From IMG/VR virus record IMGVR_UViG_3300027759_004177, positions 186,001-250,000 of that record: a stretch of 64,000 nt of DNA; one strand, written 5' to 3'. Below the pieces are notes generated by a model that was given only the letters and a program-made list of their open reading frames with translations, was not told the DNA's origin and made no database searches. The translations under genes and the position numbers were made by a program. Positions 1 to 8,165 of the stretch are shown here, one piece after another. Each line of letters begins with the position of its first letter. The first letter of the stretch is position 1.

Positions 1-12
1 TGATCCGGGGTT

Positions 13-1308
13 TTAATATCCAATACGTCGGAGAAAGTGTTTATATCTTGGTGCATAATCTAGTATCGTGTTGTTCCTGATTGTTTCAAAACTTTTTAAG
101 AAACTGACTAATTCTTTCAGTGATTCCTCTGCATCTGCAGGCGGGGTGTATGTTTTAACAAACTCCAGGTACTCAGTGGCCAACTGTGCAATAATCTCGT
201 GACTTAAATCACTTCTGCGAGTATTCACTTGCGGAGTATACGATCCTAATCGATCAACCACAGCCTGTAACTTTGCAACGGTTTCTTGTCTGATATCGTC
301 TGGCATCAGTTCCATACGCAAACAACGTGGTTGGTGCAATATGTTACAGCTCTCGGCGATAATGTTGTGTTCGATCATGAACTCAAAAACTTGGTCCAGT
401 TCGCTGATAGTAAACAAGTTAGGAGTGATACGTAGTTCTAGTTTTAATCCGGGATTACGATCACGCAAGGCCACAAACTTGAGAATGTTTGCCAAGATCT
501 GATCAGTAGGTCCTGGATAACGCACATAATCGTTTAATGACGTAACTGACTCTATACTGATACCTAGATGAAACTCTTGGAATCTAGGTATCAATTGTTC
601 TATACGTTCATCGTATATTGTGCCGTTGGTAGTTGTGCCAACTATTAGATCTTGTCCATCCAAGTGCTCGCAAATGTCGTAGAAGGCTTGATTATATAAT
701 GTTTCTCCACCCAGGAAGTGTATGTAACGTATGTATGGAAACGATTTTAACTCTGCAACAAAGCGATTGACTGTTGCTGAATCTTCAGTCCAAGACTGAT
801 ACGGCTTGGGTTCAGCAAATAATCGACTATCCAGCTTGTTTAATTTTTTATAGTCTGCAACAAGACGTGAGCTTGCTGTGGGGTCGCACATGATACAGGC
901 ACTATTACAAGTATTACCTAGGTCTATTTGTAAATCTGTTGGAAAATGTGGGCTGGCACCCGCATGACTGTTGCTGTATTCAAATACAGGCAAGTGTGGG
1001 CTAGAACGAAAGGTTAATGGAAACTCTGCAAGACCAATAGCACTTTTGTTTAGTTGTCTAACACGACCCGAAAGTTTTCCAAACTGATCTTGGTAGTAAC
1101 AAGGCTCACACTCTTTGGGTTTGTTGCCGGCTAATAGTTGTTGACGCAGGTCTCTCATGGGCCCACTGTTGTAAAAATCCATCAGCGAAGTTGTGCGTAT
1201 GTTGAAGGCGGTAGCACCGTTTTTGCTCCAGCGACACACATCATAACTACCATCGTAAGTTAATCTAATGTGGAACCAGGGACTTGAACAGAATGAGTCT
1301 TTTAACAT
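13..1308 (-). CDS. Radical SAM protein with N-terminal SPASM/twitch-like Cys cluster
   Basis: CxxxCxxC (CNSACIMC), GGE motif (FLGGETL), N-terminal CSSPW...C...CEPC. Confidence 0.85.
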   Translation of the reverse strand: MLKDSFCSSPWFHIRLTYDGSYDVCRWSKNGATAFNIRTTSLMDFYNSGPMRDLRQQLLAGNKPKECEPCYYQDQFGKLSGRVRQLNKSAIGLAEFPLTFRSSPHLPVFEYSNSHAGASPHFPTDLQIDLGNTCNSACIMCDPTASSRLVADYKKLNKLDSRLFAEPKPYQSWTEDSATVNRFVAELKSFPYIRYIHFLGGETLYNQAFYDICEHLDGQDLIVGTTTNGTIYDERIEQLIPRFQEFHLGISIESVTSLNDYVRYPGPTDQILANILKFVALRDRNPGLKLELRITPNLFTISELDQVFEFMIEHNIIAESCNILHQPRCLRMELMPDDIRQETVAKLQAVVDRLGSYTPQVNTRRSDLSHEIIAQLATEYLEFVKTYTPPADAEESLKELVSFLKSFETIRNNTILDYAPRYKHFLRRIGY

Positions 1309-1315
1309 AATTATA

Positions 1316-1405
1316 TGGCGGAGAGTGTGAGATTCGAACTCACGATAGTGTTGCCACTATGCCGGTTTAGTAGACCGGTGCCTTCAGCCGCTCGGCCAAC
1401 TCTCC
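1316..1405 (-). tRNA. tRNA-Ser with anticodon ACT (A34)
   Basis: Reverse complement GGAGAGTTGGCCGAGCGGCTGAAGGCACCGGT-CTACTAA-ACCGGCATAGTGGCAACACTATCGTGAGTTCGAATCTCACACTCTCCGCCA; long variable arm, G73, encoded CCA. Confidence 0.9.
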
Positions 1406-1432
1406 ATAAATACTTTTTTATAAAGGCAAAAC

Positions 1433-1708
1433 ATGAAAAAATTAATATTTCTATTGGCAACATTCTTTTGTGTTTCTGCCATGGCTTTTACTACTCAAAA
1501 ACCTGTTGACTGTTTTGGAACACCTGAAGTTACCAAAATGCTACGAGAAGAATTCAACGAAGTCATCATATTTGACAGTATCAACAACCTGACCGGCAAA
1601 AGCAGAATTTCTTTGTTTGTAAATTCTAAAACTGGAACATGGACCTTGGTTGAATACGACAACGACAATGCCTGCATTTTAGGTGCTGGTCAAAGTCGTT
1701 CCACCTGA
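1433..1708 (+). CDS. Small secreted/periplasmic hypothetical protein
   Basis: Signal peptide MKKLIFLLATFFCVSAMA, two further Cys; TAAATA at 1407-1412 upstream. Confidence 0.7.
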   Translation: MKKLIFLLATFFCVSAMAFTTQKPVDCFGTPEVTKMLREEFNEVIIFDSINNLTGKSRISLFVNSKTGTWTLVEYDNDNACILGAGQSRST

Positions 1709-2130
1709 CTGACTTCCACGCCCGACTTAGTTAAAAAATCAACGCCGGTGGTATCTCTGTAGGCTGTGCCAAACCACACCCGAGCTATACCACTTTGATA
1801 TATCAGTTTGGCACAGTCTAAGCAAGGGCTGTGAGTAACAAATAGATCAGCACCATGCCCAGACTCATTGCTACGTGCCAGTTTTGCAATAGCATTTGTT
1901 TCAGCATGGAGAACTTCTGGTTTGGTTTTAAGTTCATGATGTCCATCCTCTCTAAGTTCTATTATTTCTTCGCAGTCATTGTCCCAACCGGCGGGCATGC
2001 CATTATAACCAATACTGATGATCCTATCATCCTTGACCACAATAGCACCCACATGCAATCTACGAGCGTGACTGAGTTCAGCAAATGTTCTTGCTGTTTG
2101 CATGTAGGCTTGTACTAACTTGTCTTTCAT
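1690..2130 (-). CDS. dCMP deaminase (cytidine/deoxycytidylate deaminase family)
   Basis: VGAIVV...IISIGYNG, HAE and PCxxC (SPCLDC) zinc motifs. Confidence 0.9.
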   Translation of the reverse strand: MKDKLVQAYMQTARTFAELSHARRLHVGAIVVKDDRIISIGYNGMPAGWDNDCEEIIELREDGHHELKTKPEVLHAETNAIAKLARSNESGHGADLFVTHSPCLDCAKLIYQSGIARVWFGTAYRDTTGVDFLTKSGVEVSQVERL

Positions 2131-2345
2131 TTTACCTTGGCCAGATAATCGACTACATTTAAGTGGCCTTTTTGTGCTTCCAACAATGCGTCCACTGCTG
2201 TGACATGAGCTCCGGATTCTCTAGCACGGATTTTAAGTTCACGCACCCGCTGGGCGGCTGCAACAACTAGGTCAAACCGGCCAACACCTGTTTTGTCAAT
2301 ACATTTTTCAACATCTACTTCTGATGCACGAGTTTCTTTTCTCAT
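2127..2345 (-). CDS. rpoZ: RNA polymerase omega subunit homologue
   Basis: RFDLVVAAAQRVREL...ALLEAQKG matches the omega signature RFDLVLxAAxRARQ...ALxEIxxG; 72 aa. Confidence 0.75.
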   Translation of the reverse strand: MRKETRASEVDVEKCIDKTGVGRFDLVVAAAQRVRELKIRARESGAHVTAVDALLEAQKGHLNVVDYLAKVK

Positions 2346-2353
2346 TTTTTGCC

Positions 2354-3433
2354 TTAGTTTAAAAAATAATCATTTAGAATGGTTGTGTCTACTTTAAAGT
2401 TCTCTTTTATTATAACACGTTTATCTATATCTTGCAAGATCTTTATCAGATTACCGTAAGCTGAGTTAGCCACTTTTTGGAAGTGTAGTCTATTATGGTA
2501 GCTTGGTGCAGGATTGCCTGCTGTGAGCAAACTCTTAACTAGATGGTCTGCACGTTCTTGTGGATATGGTACACTATCGTAGGTTTCATCTATAGTATCG
2601 CCGAAGGTTTCAAATCCTAACTCTCGGATCTTGGCCAGGCTATGTTGTCCACCGTAGACCACAAACGGGTGACCTAGCATTAGACTCTTGTAGGTCTTTT
2701 CGGTTGGGAACCATTCGTTCTGTGTGGTTTCACTGGCTATGCTTATCGTGGTATTGTAGTAGTGACTAGGATAGTAGGCATAGAAACGAAAGTCCGGATG
2801 TACAAATGGATCAGGCCAATCTTGATCTGGTCCAAAGCCGTCTGCACTTTTACCTGACCTATGACTCCATATACTGGCATCAAGTAGCCCGGCTGTTTTA
2901 AATAATTCAAAGAATCGTTCTCTATTGGTGCGCCATTCTCCATTTAAGAACAGGAACCGGTGCGTCTTTACTGCTGTGTCAATTTGATTGCATGTGTACT
3001 CTAATCTGGCACGATTAAACTCATTGTTGATAATCCACGCAAAGAACTCGGGCATGTTATAGTTCTTTGCATAACCGTCAATATCCCAATCGCCACACTT
3101 GATTAAGTATCCATCAATATTTTTTGCTTGCAGTTGCTCTGCGGTTGGGCAAAAACTTGCCGATAAGGTTGCATAGCTTTCACTTGGATAATAAAATACA
3201 ATCTTGTTGTTGTGTCCTGCGGCACGATCAATTATGGCTTGAGCAATATCGTGTCCGGGATCACCACAGGCTGTCTCCATAACAAAGCAGTCTGTGACAA
3301 TGGTAGCACCGTCAGGTATTGCACTCACATCAGACTCCACGTAATCCACACCGTGCAGAGACAGAGTAGCACGTAATAAATCCGCTTGTTTTTCGGCTGG
3401 ACGTTTGAGTGGATGTAATATTAGATATAACAT
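2354..3433 (-). CDS. Glycosyltransferase-like protein (SET/TEKT family)
   Basis: SET...TEKTYKSLMLGHPFVVYG...LGFETF...DETYD, shared with 27914 and 29642 ORFs; resembles GT10-like C-terminal motif. Confidence 0.55.
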   Translation of the reverse strand: MLYLILHPLKRPAEKQADLLRATLSLHGVDYVESDVSAIPDGATIVTDCFVMETACGDPGHDIAQAIIDRAAGHNNKIVFYYPSESYATLSASFCPTAEQLQAKNIDGYLIKCGDWDIDGYAKNYNMPEFFAWIINNEFNRARLEYTCNQIDTAVKTHRFLFLNGEWRTNRERFFELFKTAGLLDASIWSHRSGKSADGFGPDQDWPDPFVHPDFRFYAYYPSHYYNTTISIASETTQNEWFPTEKTYKSLMLGHPFVVYGGQHSLAKIRELGFETFGDTIDETYDSVPYPQERADHLVKSLLTAGNPAPSYHNRLHFQKVANSAYGNLIKILQDIDKRVIIKENFKVDTTILNDYFLN

Positions 3434-3443
3434 GGATTTTTCA

Positions 3444-3453
3444 TAAATATTTA
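3444..3453. promoter_or_regulatory. Palindromic TAAATATTTA: overlapping T4-type late promoter cores for two divergent genes
   Basis: Lies between divergent starts at 3433 (-) and 3483 (+); same TAAATA core precedes many genes in the window. Confidence 0.55.
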
Positions 3454-3482
3454 ATCAAACATTCCCCGTTGGAAAATATTAT

Positions 3483-4112
3483 ATGAAAAATCTTGTCTAC
3501 TATCCAGATTTGCCCTCAATTCCTGAACACCTGTTGGTTGATGTTGAAAAAATAGTGTTAGAACGTATTGCCAATGATCCGCCACATCCAAATCCGTTGT
3601 GTCAAAGAGAAATGGCTGTTTCTCGCGGTGAAGAAAAAATTGTAGGTGGGCGATATCGCGGAGACGAAGCAGATGAACCACTACAATCTTGGGTTAGAGA
3701 AAATATTGGTGATGATCTAGCACCAAAAGCACGAGTACGGATTGCCAGCCACGGGGAACAAGGAAATTTAAGTGTTCCACACAGTGATGCTTCTAGAGAT
3801 TGGAGTCTGTTATATCTTGTCAATTTAGGTGGTGACAACGTGGAAACAATTTTTTGGCAAGAAAAAAATCAACCAGTGAGACGACCAAATGCAACTTTTC
3901 CTCCTAGCTATGATGATTTGATTGAACTAGAACGTGTGACATTCCCTAGTCATACTTGGGTCATGCTTGACTCATTGGTTTTACACAGCATAGAAAACAT
4001 GGAAAGTTTGCGTATAGCAGTACAGGTAGGATTCAAAGACGGTAGCACAACTCTACAAAAAATTTGGCCTGAAAGAGATTGGACTCAGCTAGAAATTCCC
4101 AGCTCTAATTGA
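3483..4112 (+). CDS. Putative Fe(II)/2-oxoglutarate oxygenase-like (DSBH) protein
   Basis: HxD (PHSD)...distal H (LHSIEN)...R (LRIAVQV) facial-triad pattern. Confidence 0.5.
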   Translation: MKNLVYYPDLPSIPEHLLVDVEKIVLERIANDPPHPNPLCQREMAVSRGEEKIVGGRYRGDEADEPLQSWVRENIGDDLAPKARVRIASHGEQGNLSVPHSDASRDWSLLYLVNLGGDNVETIFWQEKNQPVRRPNATFPPSYDDLIELERVTFPSHTWVMLDSLVLHSIENMESLRIAVQVGFKDGSTTLQKIWPERDWTQLEIPSSN

Positions 4113-5058
4113 TTTTTTGACCAATTGGTAACCAGGTGTTTCTCAAACGTTCTATGTGTTGATTAAATCCTGCGGTGGTTGCTTCGTCTGGGTTGGAAAA
4201 AATAAAATTTTCATTGTTAAATCTTTTTACTTCGTCAGTTTCTAATGCCCGGCTAAACTTTGTTTGATACCAAGCCACAATCTCAGGTGCTGTATCCGGC
4301 GGCAACATCAGTGCCCATGCTGCAAAAATATCAATACCCTTTCCATTGATCTTCAATGTTTCCACTGCCGGTAACTTGGCCAATCTTTTTTCTCCTGTGA
4401 TAGCAATAATTTTTACTTTGCCTGCTTCTACCAATGGGCGGGCAACACTGATTGGCATGATGCCAAACTCAATGTTGGATTCTGACGCCACTCCAGTTAC
4501 TGCCTGTAGCGGTCCTTGAAAGTTTACATGGCCGACTAAATTTTTATTTGCGCCACTGTTGAGCATAATATATTCAAATGCTAGGCGATGTACTGGACTA
4601 CCCACTGCAACATTAACTGGTTTTCCAGGACTTTTTATATATGATAAAAATTCAACAGGTGTATTTACACGACTACCGGGGTGTGCCACTATCGCTAATG
4701 GACTTTTTGCCATGCCCATCACATTGGTAAAACTGTTGTATTCCCATCGTTTTAGATCTTTTTGGAAGATATCGTTACCTACGTAGGTTGCAAAATAGCT
4801 GGGAACACTGATGGTGTATCCATCAGGTGCAGCTTCATACAATGCATTGCTGGCCAACACAGTATCTGCACCAGGTTTATGTTCTATCACGTATTGAAAG
4901 GTTGGATGATTTTTCTGTACTTGTGTGGCCAACAATCGAAACTGAACTTCGTTGCCACTGCCGGGAGCGAATCCAATTATTACTCTCACAGGTCTGGTAG
5001 GTTCCCATGCCCAGGCCATGAGAGGAGCCATAAGCAAAACAAACAATAATTTTTTCAT
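4105..5058 (-). CDS. Tripartite tricarboxylate transporter (Bug/TctC) substrate-binding protein
   Basis: Signal peptide; PTRPVRVIIGFAPGSGNE, VIEHKPGA, APDGYTI, LPPDTAPEIV. Confidence 0.9.
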   Translation of the reverse strand: MKKLLFVLLMAPLMAWAWEPTRPVRVIIGFAPGSGNEVQFRLLATQVQKNHPTFQYVIEHKPGADTVLASNALYEAAPDGYTISVPSYFATYVGNDIFQKDLKRWEYNSFTNVMGMAKSPLAIVAHPGSRVNTPVEFLSYIKSPGKPVNVAVGSPVHRLAFEYIMLNSGANKNLVGHVNFQGPLQAVTGVASESNIEFGIMPISVARPLVEAGKVKIIAITGEKRLAKLPAVETLKINGKGIDIFAAWALMLPPDTAPEIVAWYQTKFSRALETDEVKRFNNENFIFSNPDEATTAGFNQHIERLRNTWLPIGQKIN

Positions 5059-5080
5059 TTTTTCTCCGACTAATTGATTT

Positions 5081-5629
5081 TTACAACAAAAACAAATTTG
5101 ATATTTCAGTTGGTAACCAAGGTGTGTTCATACGTTCTGGATGCCAAACTACTCCTGCAATACGTTGATCAATCCAGGCTTCGCAGTGGCCATTGTTATC
5201 ATACACCAGTCCGGTTGCAGAAGAGTGTAACTGAGTAATAGCCTGAGTATGATACGAATTTACTGTGTGTTCTTGTCCAAAATATTCAACAGCGTGTTCT
5301 GTGTCCATGTGTCCTTCACATGCCTCAACCTGTCCGCCCAGTGCATCTGTAAGCAGAAATGCACCGTGACAAATTCCCAAGATTGGTTTCTGTTGTTTCA
5401 TCACAGCAGTGGCCAATTTAAATTCAACAGTTCGTCTGATTGCACTATCGTCGCCGCCGGTGATAATCAAACAGTCGTGACCGTCGGCTAATTGTTCAAA
5501 ATCTTGATCGAGTCTATTGGGAATAAAAGAAAGCGTGTGATTTTTTAAATAACGATACCAACCGTGTTCTATGCTATCGTATGCCCTACCTTTGTGATAC
5601 AGAACTCTTTGTGTAAGAGCTATCTTCAA
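5081..5629 (-). CDS. Class I glutamine amidotransferase (peptidase C26 / PuuD-like)
   Basis: IITGGDD, ILGICHG nucleophile elbow, VNSYH, WHPE; probable TTG start at 5629 just after upstream stop. Confidence 0.85.
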   Translation of the reverse strand: MKIALTQRVLYHKGRAYDSIEHGWYRYLKNHTLSFIPNRLDQDFEQLADGHDCLIITGGDDSAIRRTVEFKLATAVMKQQKPILGICHGAFLLTDALGGQVEACEGHMDTEHAVEYFGQEHTVNSYHTQAITQLHSSATGLVYDNNGHCEAWIDQRIAGVVWHPERMNTPWLPTEISNLFLL

Positions 5630-5630
5630 A

Positions 5631-6341
5631 TTACCAACCGTAGGCTTCTGCTGCCAATTCCCGAGCACCAGGACTGTCGCAAGTATTACCGACAATAATG
5701 TCGTATAATTCTTTACGCATTTTGGAGGCCATGGTCAATGCACGTTCAGCAACTTCTGGGTTTTCGTCTTGCAAGCGTTCTAAACGAAGTGCACCAATGT
5801 TGGCATGGAATGCTTCATCTTTGCCAATGCGATTGTATTTTTCAGCAACAAAAGAATCATAGGCACCAATTTCACTCATTGTTAACCAGCTGGTACTGGC
5901 ACGACCTTCGGCAATTATTTGATAAACAGCCAAGGCCACTTCGTCTTGGGCAGTTTCGTACGATTTCATTGTGGCAGCACCTTTGTCGTTGGCTTTGCGA
6001 CTAAATTCACGATCTAAATATTCTTGAGTGTTGACTTCTGCACCGGTAATGTGCTCTAACACTTCCTTGACCAAACGGAAGTGTGTCGCTTCATCTTGAG
6101 CTTGTTTGGCCAACAGCAACATTTCTTCAGCAGGAGCTGAAGTTGGAAGATTGGCAATTGCTTCAGCGACACCGACCATGTTCATGTATTCATTGGCTAA
6201 ACGACCTTGGAAATGCAACAGGTATTCTTCTTTTGTGCGTGCCGGATCGTTGAACCAATGGCGAATGTTCATCATGCTGGCTTCAAATAATGGTTTGTTT
6301 TCTTCTTGTATTTTTAGTACTAGTTCTTTGCCGGTCAGCAT
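5631..6341 (-). CDS. Ferritin-like di-iron carboxylate protein
   Basis: Two DExxH motifs (QDEATHF, KDEAFHA), each with an upstream E (NEY, AEG); helical; SD GGAG. Confidence 0.8.
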   Translation of the reverse strand: MLTGKELVLKIQEENKPLFEASMMNIRHWFNDPARTKEEYLLHFQGRLANEYMNMVGVAEAIANLPTSAPAEEMLLLAKQAQDEATHFRLVKEVLEHITGAEVNTQEYLDREFSRKANDKGAATMKSYETAQDEVALAVYQIIAEGRASTSWLTMSEIGAYDSFVAEKYNRIGKDEAFHANIGALRLERLQDENPEVAERALTMASKMRKELYDIIVGNTCDSPGARELAAEAYGW

Positions 6342-6371
6342 AGGAATCTCTCCAAATTAATTCAGTATATG

Positions 6372-6407
6372 TATTTATGTTTATTTGCAATTTATAAAAC
6401 ATAAATA
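6372..6407. promoter_or_regulatory. Back-to-back late promoters in an 11-bp inverted repeat
   Basis: tatttatgttt (6372-6382) / aaacataaata (6397-6407); each arm contains TAAATA pointing at a divergent gene. Confidence 0.55.
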
Positions 6408-6416
6408 GTTTACTCA

Positions 6417-7010
6417 ATGGATAAAAAATGGTTTTTTTACGGCTGTGCTGACAATGAGTTTACTGTTACGTATGCTCTGTATGAGCACACTTCTGACTGT
6501 TTTTTTCTAGTAGATACAGACGAAAAATCCATGAAAGATTTGGCTTTTTTGTTTTCCAGTAGATATCAACTAACAATTTGCCAGCTTAACACCGCACACA
6601 ATTATTTACCTGAGCTAATAGACAATACAGTATGTGTAAATTGGACTTTGACCAACAAACAAGACATTCCTATCGCTAGATTTCCACGTCCACATATGAT
6701 TGTTTCCGCAGAAGGCCTGGTTGAAAAATCGAATAACAATTTGCCATGGAATTACAACAACGAACAAAATTACTTGATGGCTGCAAAACATTGGTTGTCC
6801 CACCCTGCACTCAAAGGATATCCTACTGCTCTTGCTCACTGGGGTGATTTTTACCACACTTCTTCAATGGTGCCAGGAGCACCATTTGAAAATCGATTTG
6901 TATATACATTGTCCCAAATTAAAAAAATAATTTATCAAGAATTCGATCTACCAACTGCTCACCAAAAAATTAATCAACTGTTGACGACATATGAATTTGA
7001 TATACATTAA
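6417..7010 (+). CDS. Hypothetical protein
   Basis: 197-aa ORF after TAAATA, overlapping the next gene. Confidence 0.7.
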   Translation: MDKKWFFYGCADNEFTVTYALYEHTSDCFFLVDTDEKSMKDLAFLFSSRYQLTICQLNTAHNYLPELIDNTVCVNWTLTNKQDIPIARFPRPHMIVSAEGLVEKSNNNLPWNYNNEQNYLMAAKHWLSHPALKGYPTALAHWGDFYHTSSMVPGAPFENRFVYTLSQIKKIIYQEFDLPTAHQKINQLLTTYEFDIH

Positions 7011-8142
7011 TAGCAGAGTCGATTTGACTGCATACGAAAAACAGCTAGGCATTCAGTTCTGTCAAGAGTTTACAAACTATCAAACTATTTCTCAACAGCT
7101 ATGGTATGAACAACATTTCCCACACAATCGTTCTGGAGTTGATCCAATTTGGAGTCTTCAAACCCCCAAAAAATACCAATTGTGTTTGCCCTCCTTTTGT
7201 CATAACAAAACATTTGAGGATATCACAGATCAACGTGCAATCGAATTAATCAATCGTTGCCAACAAAAAAATCAACCCATGTTTATTACGTGGTCGGGCG
7301 GGATTGACAGTACTTTGATAGTTGCTGCATTATTTAAACATGCCGATCGAGAATATCTAAAACAGATAACTGTGCTAATGAACAATTCCAGTTATTATGA
7401 GAATCCTGTATTTTTTGATCGTATAATTTCTCCTTATTTTTCCTACAACAATATTGATCATGCAATTTGTTATTGGAAAGATTCTGTTGTTGTTAGCGGA
7501 CAACCGGCAGATCAAATGTGGATTCACGCAGATATTGTCAAACTTGAAAATCGCTTTCCAGGGGCCGGAGATATTGACCCACACACTGATCCGGATTTGC
7601 TATTGGATTTTCTTTCAAAAAAAAGCAATAAGAATCATGCTGAATGGTTTTATTGGCTAGTTTTAAATACTGCTGCCGAAGCAAAAATTTCAATTGTTAG
7701 CTATAGAGATTTTTTCTGGTGGGCAAATTTTAATTTTTACACCGTGGGAAACTGTTTAAAATCATACCTGGCTGAAGCTGAATGTTTCAACAACGAACAG
7801 TTTTTATTGTATCAGCAAAATTACATACCCTGGTTCTTGACAGACGACTACCAATTTTGGAGCATACACAATAACAACACCGGAGTTAAAATGTTGCAGG
7901 GCTTGGGAAGCTACAAATTGGTTGCAAAAAAATATATACTGGAAGTAGATAATAATCAATACTACTATCATTACAAATACAAAACAGGCAGTCCCAACCA
8001 GCATTTGTTTGCACAGAAAAAAACTACCGAAGATAAAATTAAAAAAGTTTTTGCGTTATATGATGATGGATCTGCTGTTATGTCAGATGATTCCAAGTCA
8101 ATTGGTCAATTAATTTTGAACAATATCAATCTTTATCATTGA
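6991..8142 (+). CDS. PP-loop (N-type ATP pyrophosphatase) family protein
   Basis: ITWSGGIDST PP-loop; VSGQPADQM resembles the asparagine-synthetase SGEGADE motif. Confidence 0.75.
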   Translation: MNLIYINSRVDLTAYEKQLGIQFCQEFTNYQTISQQLWYEQHFPHNRSGVDPIWSLQTPKKYQLCLPSFCHNKTFEDITDQRAIELINRCQQKNQPMFITWSGGIDSTLIVAALFKHADREYLKQITVLMNNSSYYENPVFFDRIISPYFSYNNIDHAICYWKDSVVVSGQPADQMWIHADIVKLENRFPGAGDIDPHTDPDLLLDFLSKKSNKNHAEWFYWLVLNTAAEAKISIVSYRDFFWWANFNFYTVGNCLKSYLAEAECFNNEQFLLYQQNYIPWFLTDDYQFWSIHNNNTGVKMLQGLGSYKLVAKKYILEVDNNQYYYHYKYKTGSPNQHLFAQKKTTEDKIKKVFALYDDGSAVMSDDSKSIGQLILNNINLYH

Positions 8143-8165
8143 TCAAATAATAAATACCTATTCCC

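Noticed and set aside
1315-1509. ORF-track ORFs overlapping tRNAs (also 9511..10122, 10154..10437)
   Set aside because: They are shadows of tRNA genes or of the metallophosphoesterase gene.
1690-2130. TadA-like tRNA adenosine deaminase acting on the neighbouring A34 tRNA-Ser
   Set aside because: The SIGYNG and THSPCxxCAKLI context fits dCMP deaminase better, and inosine would cause Ser/Arg misreading. Not formally excluded.
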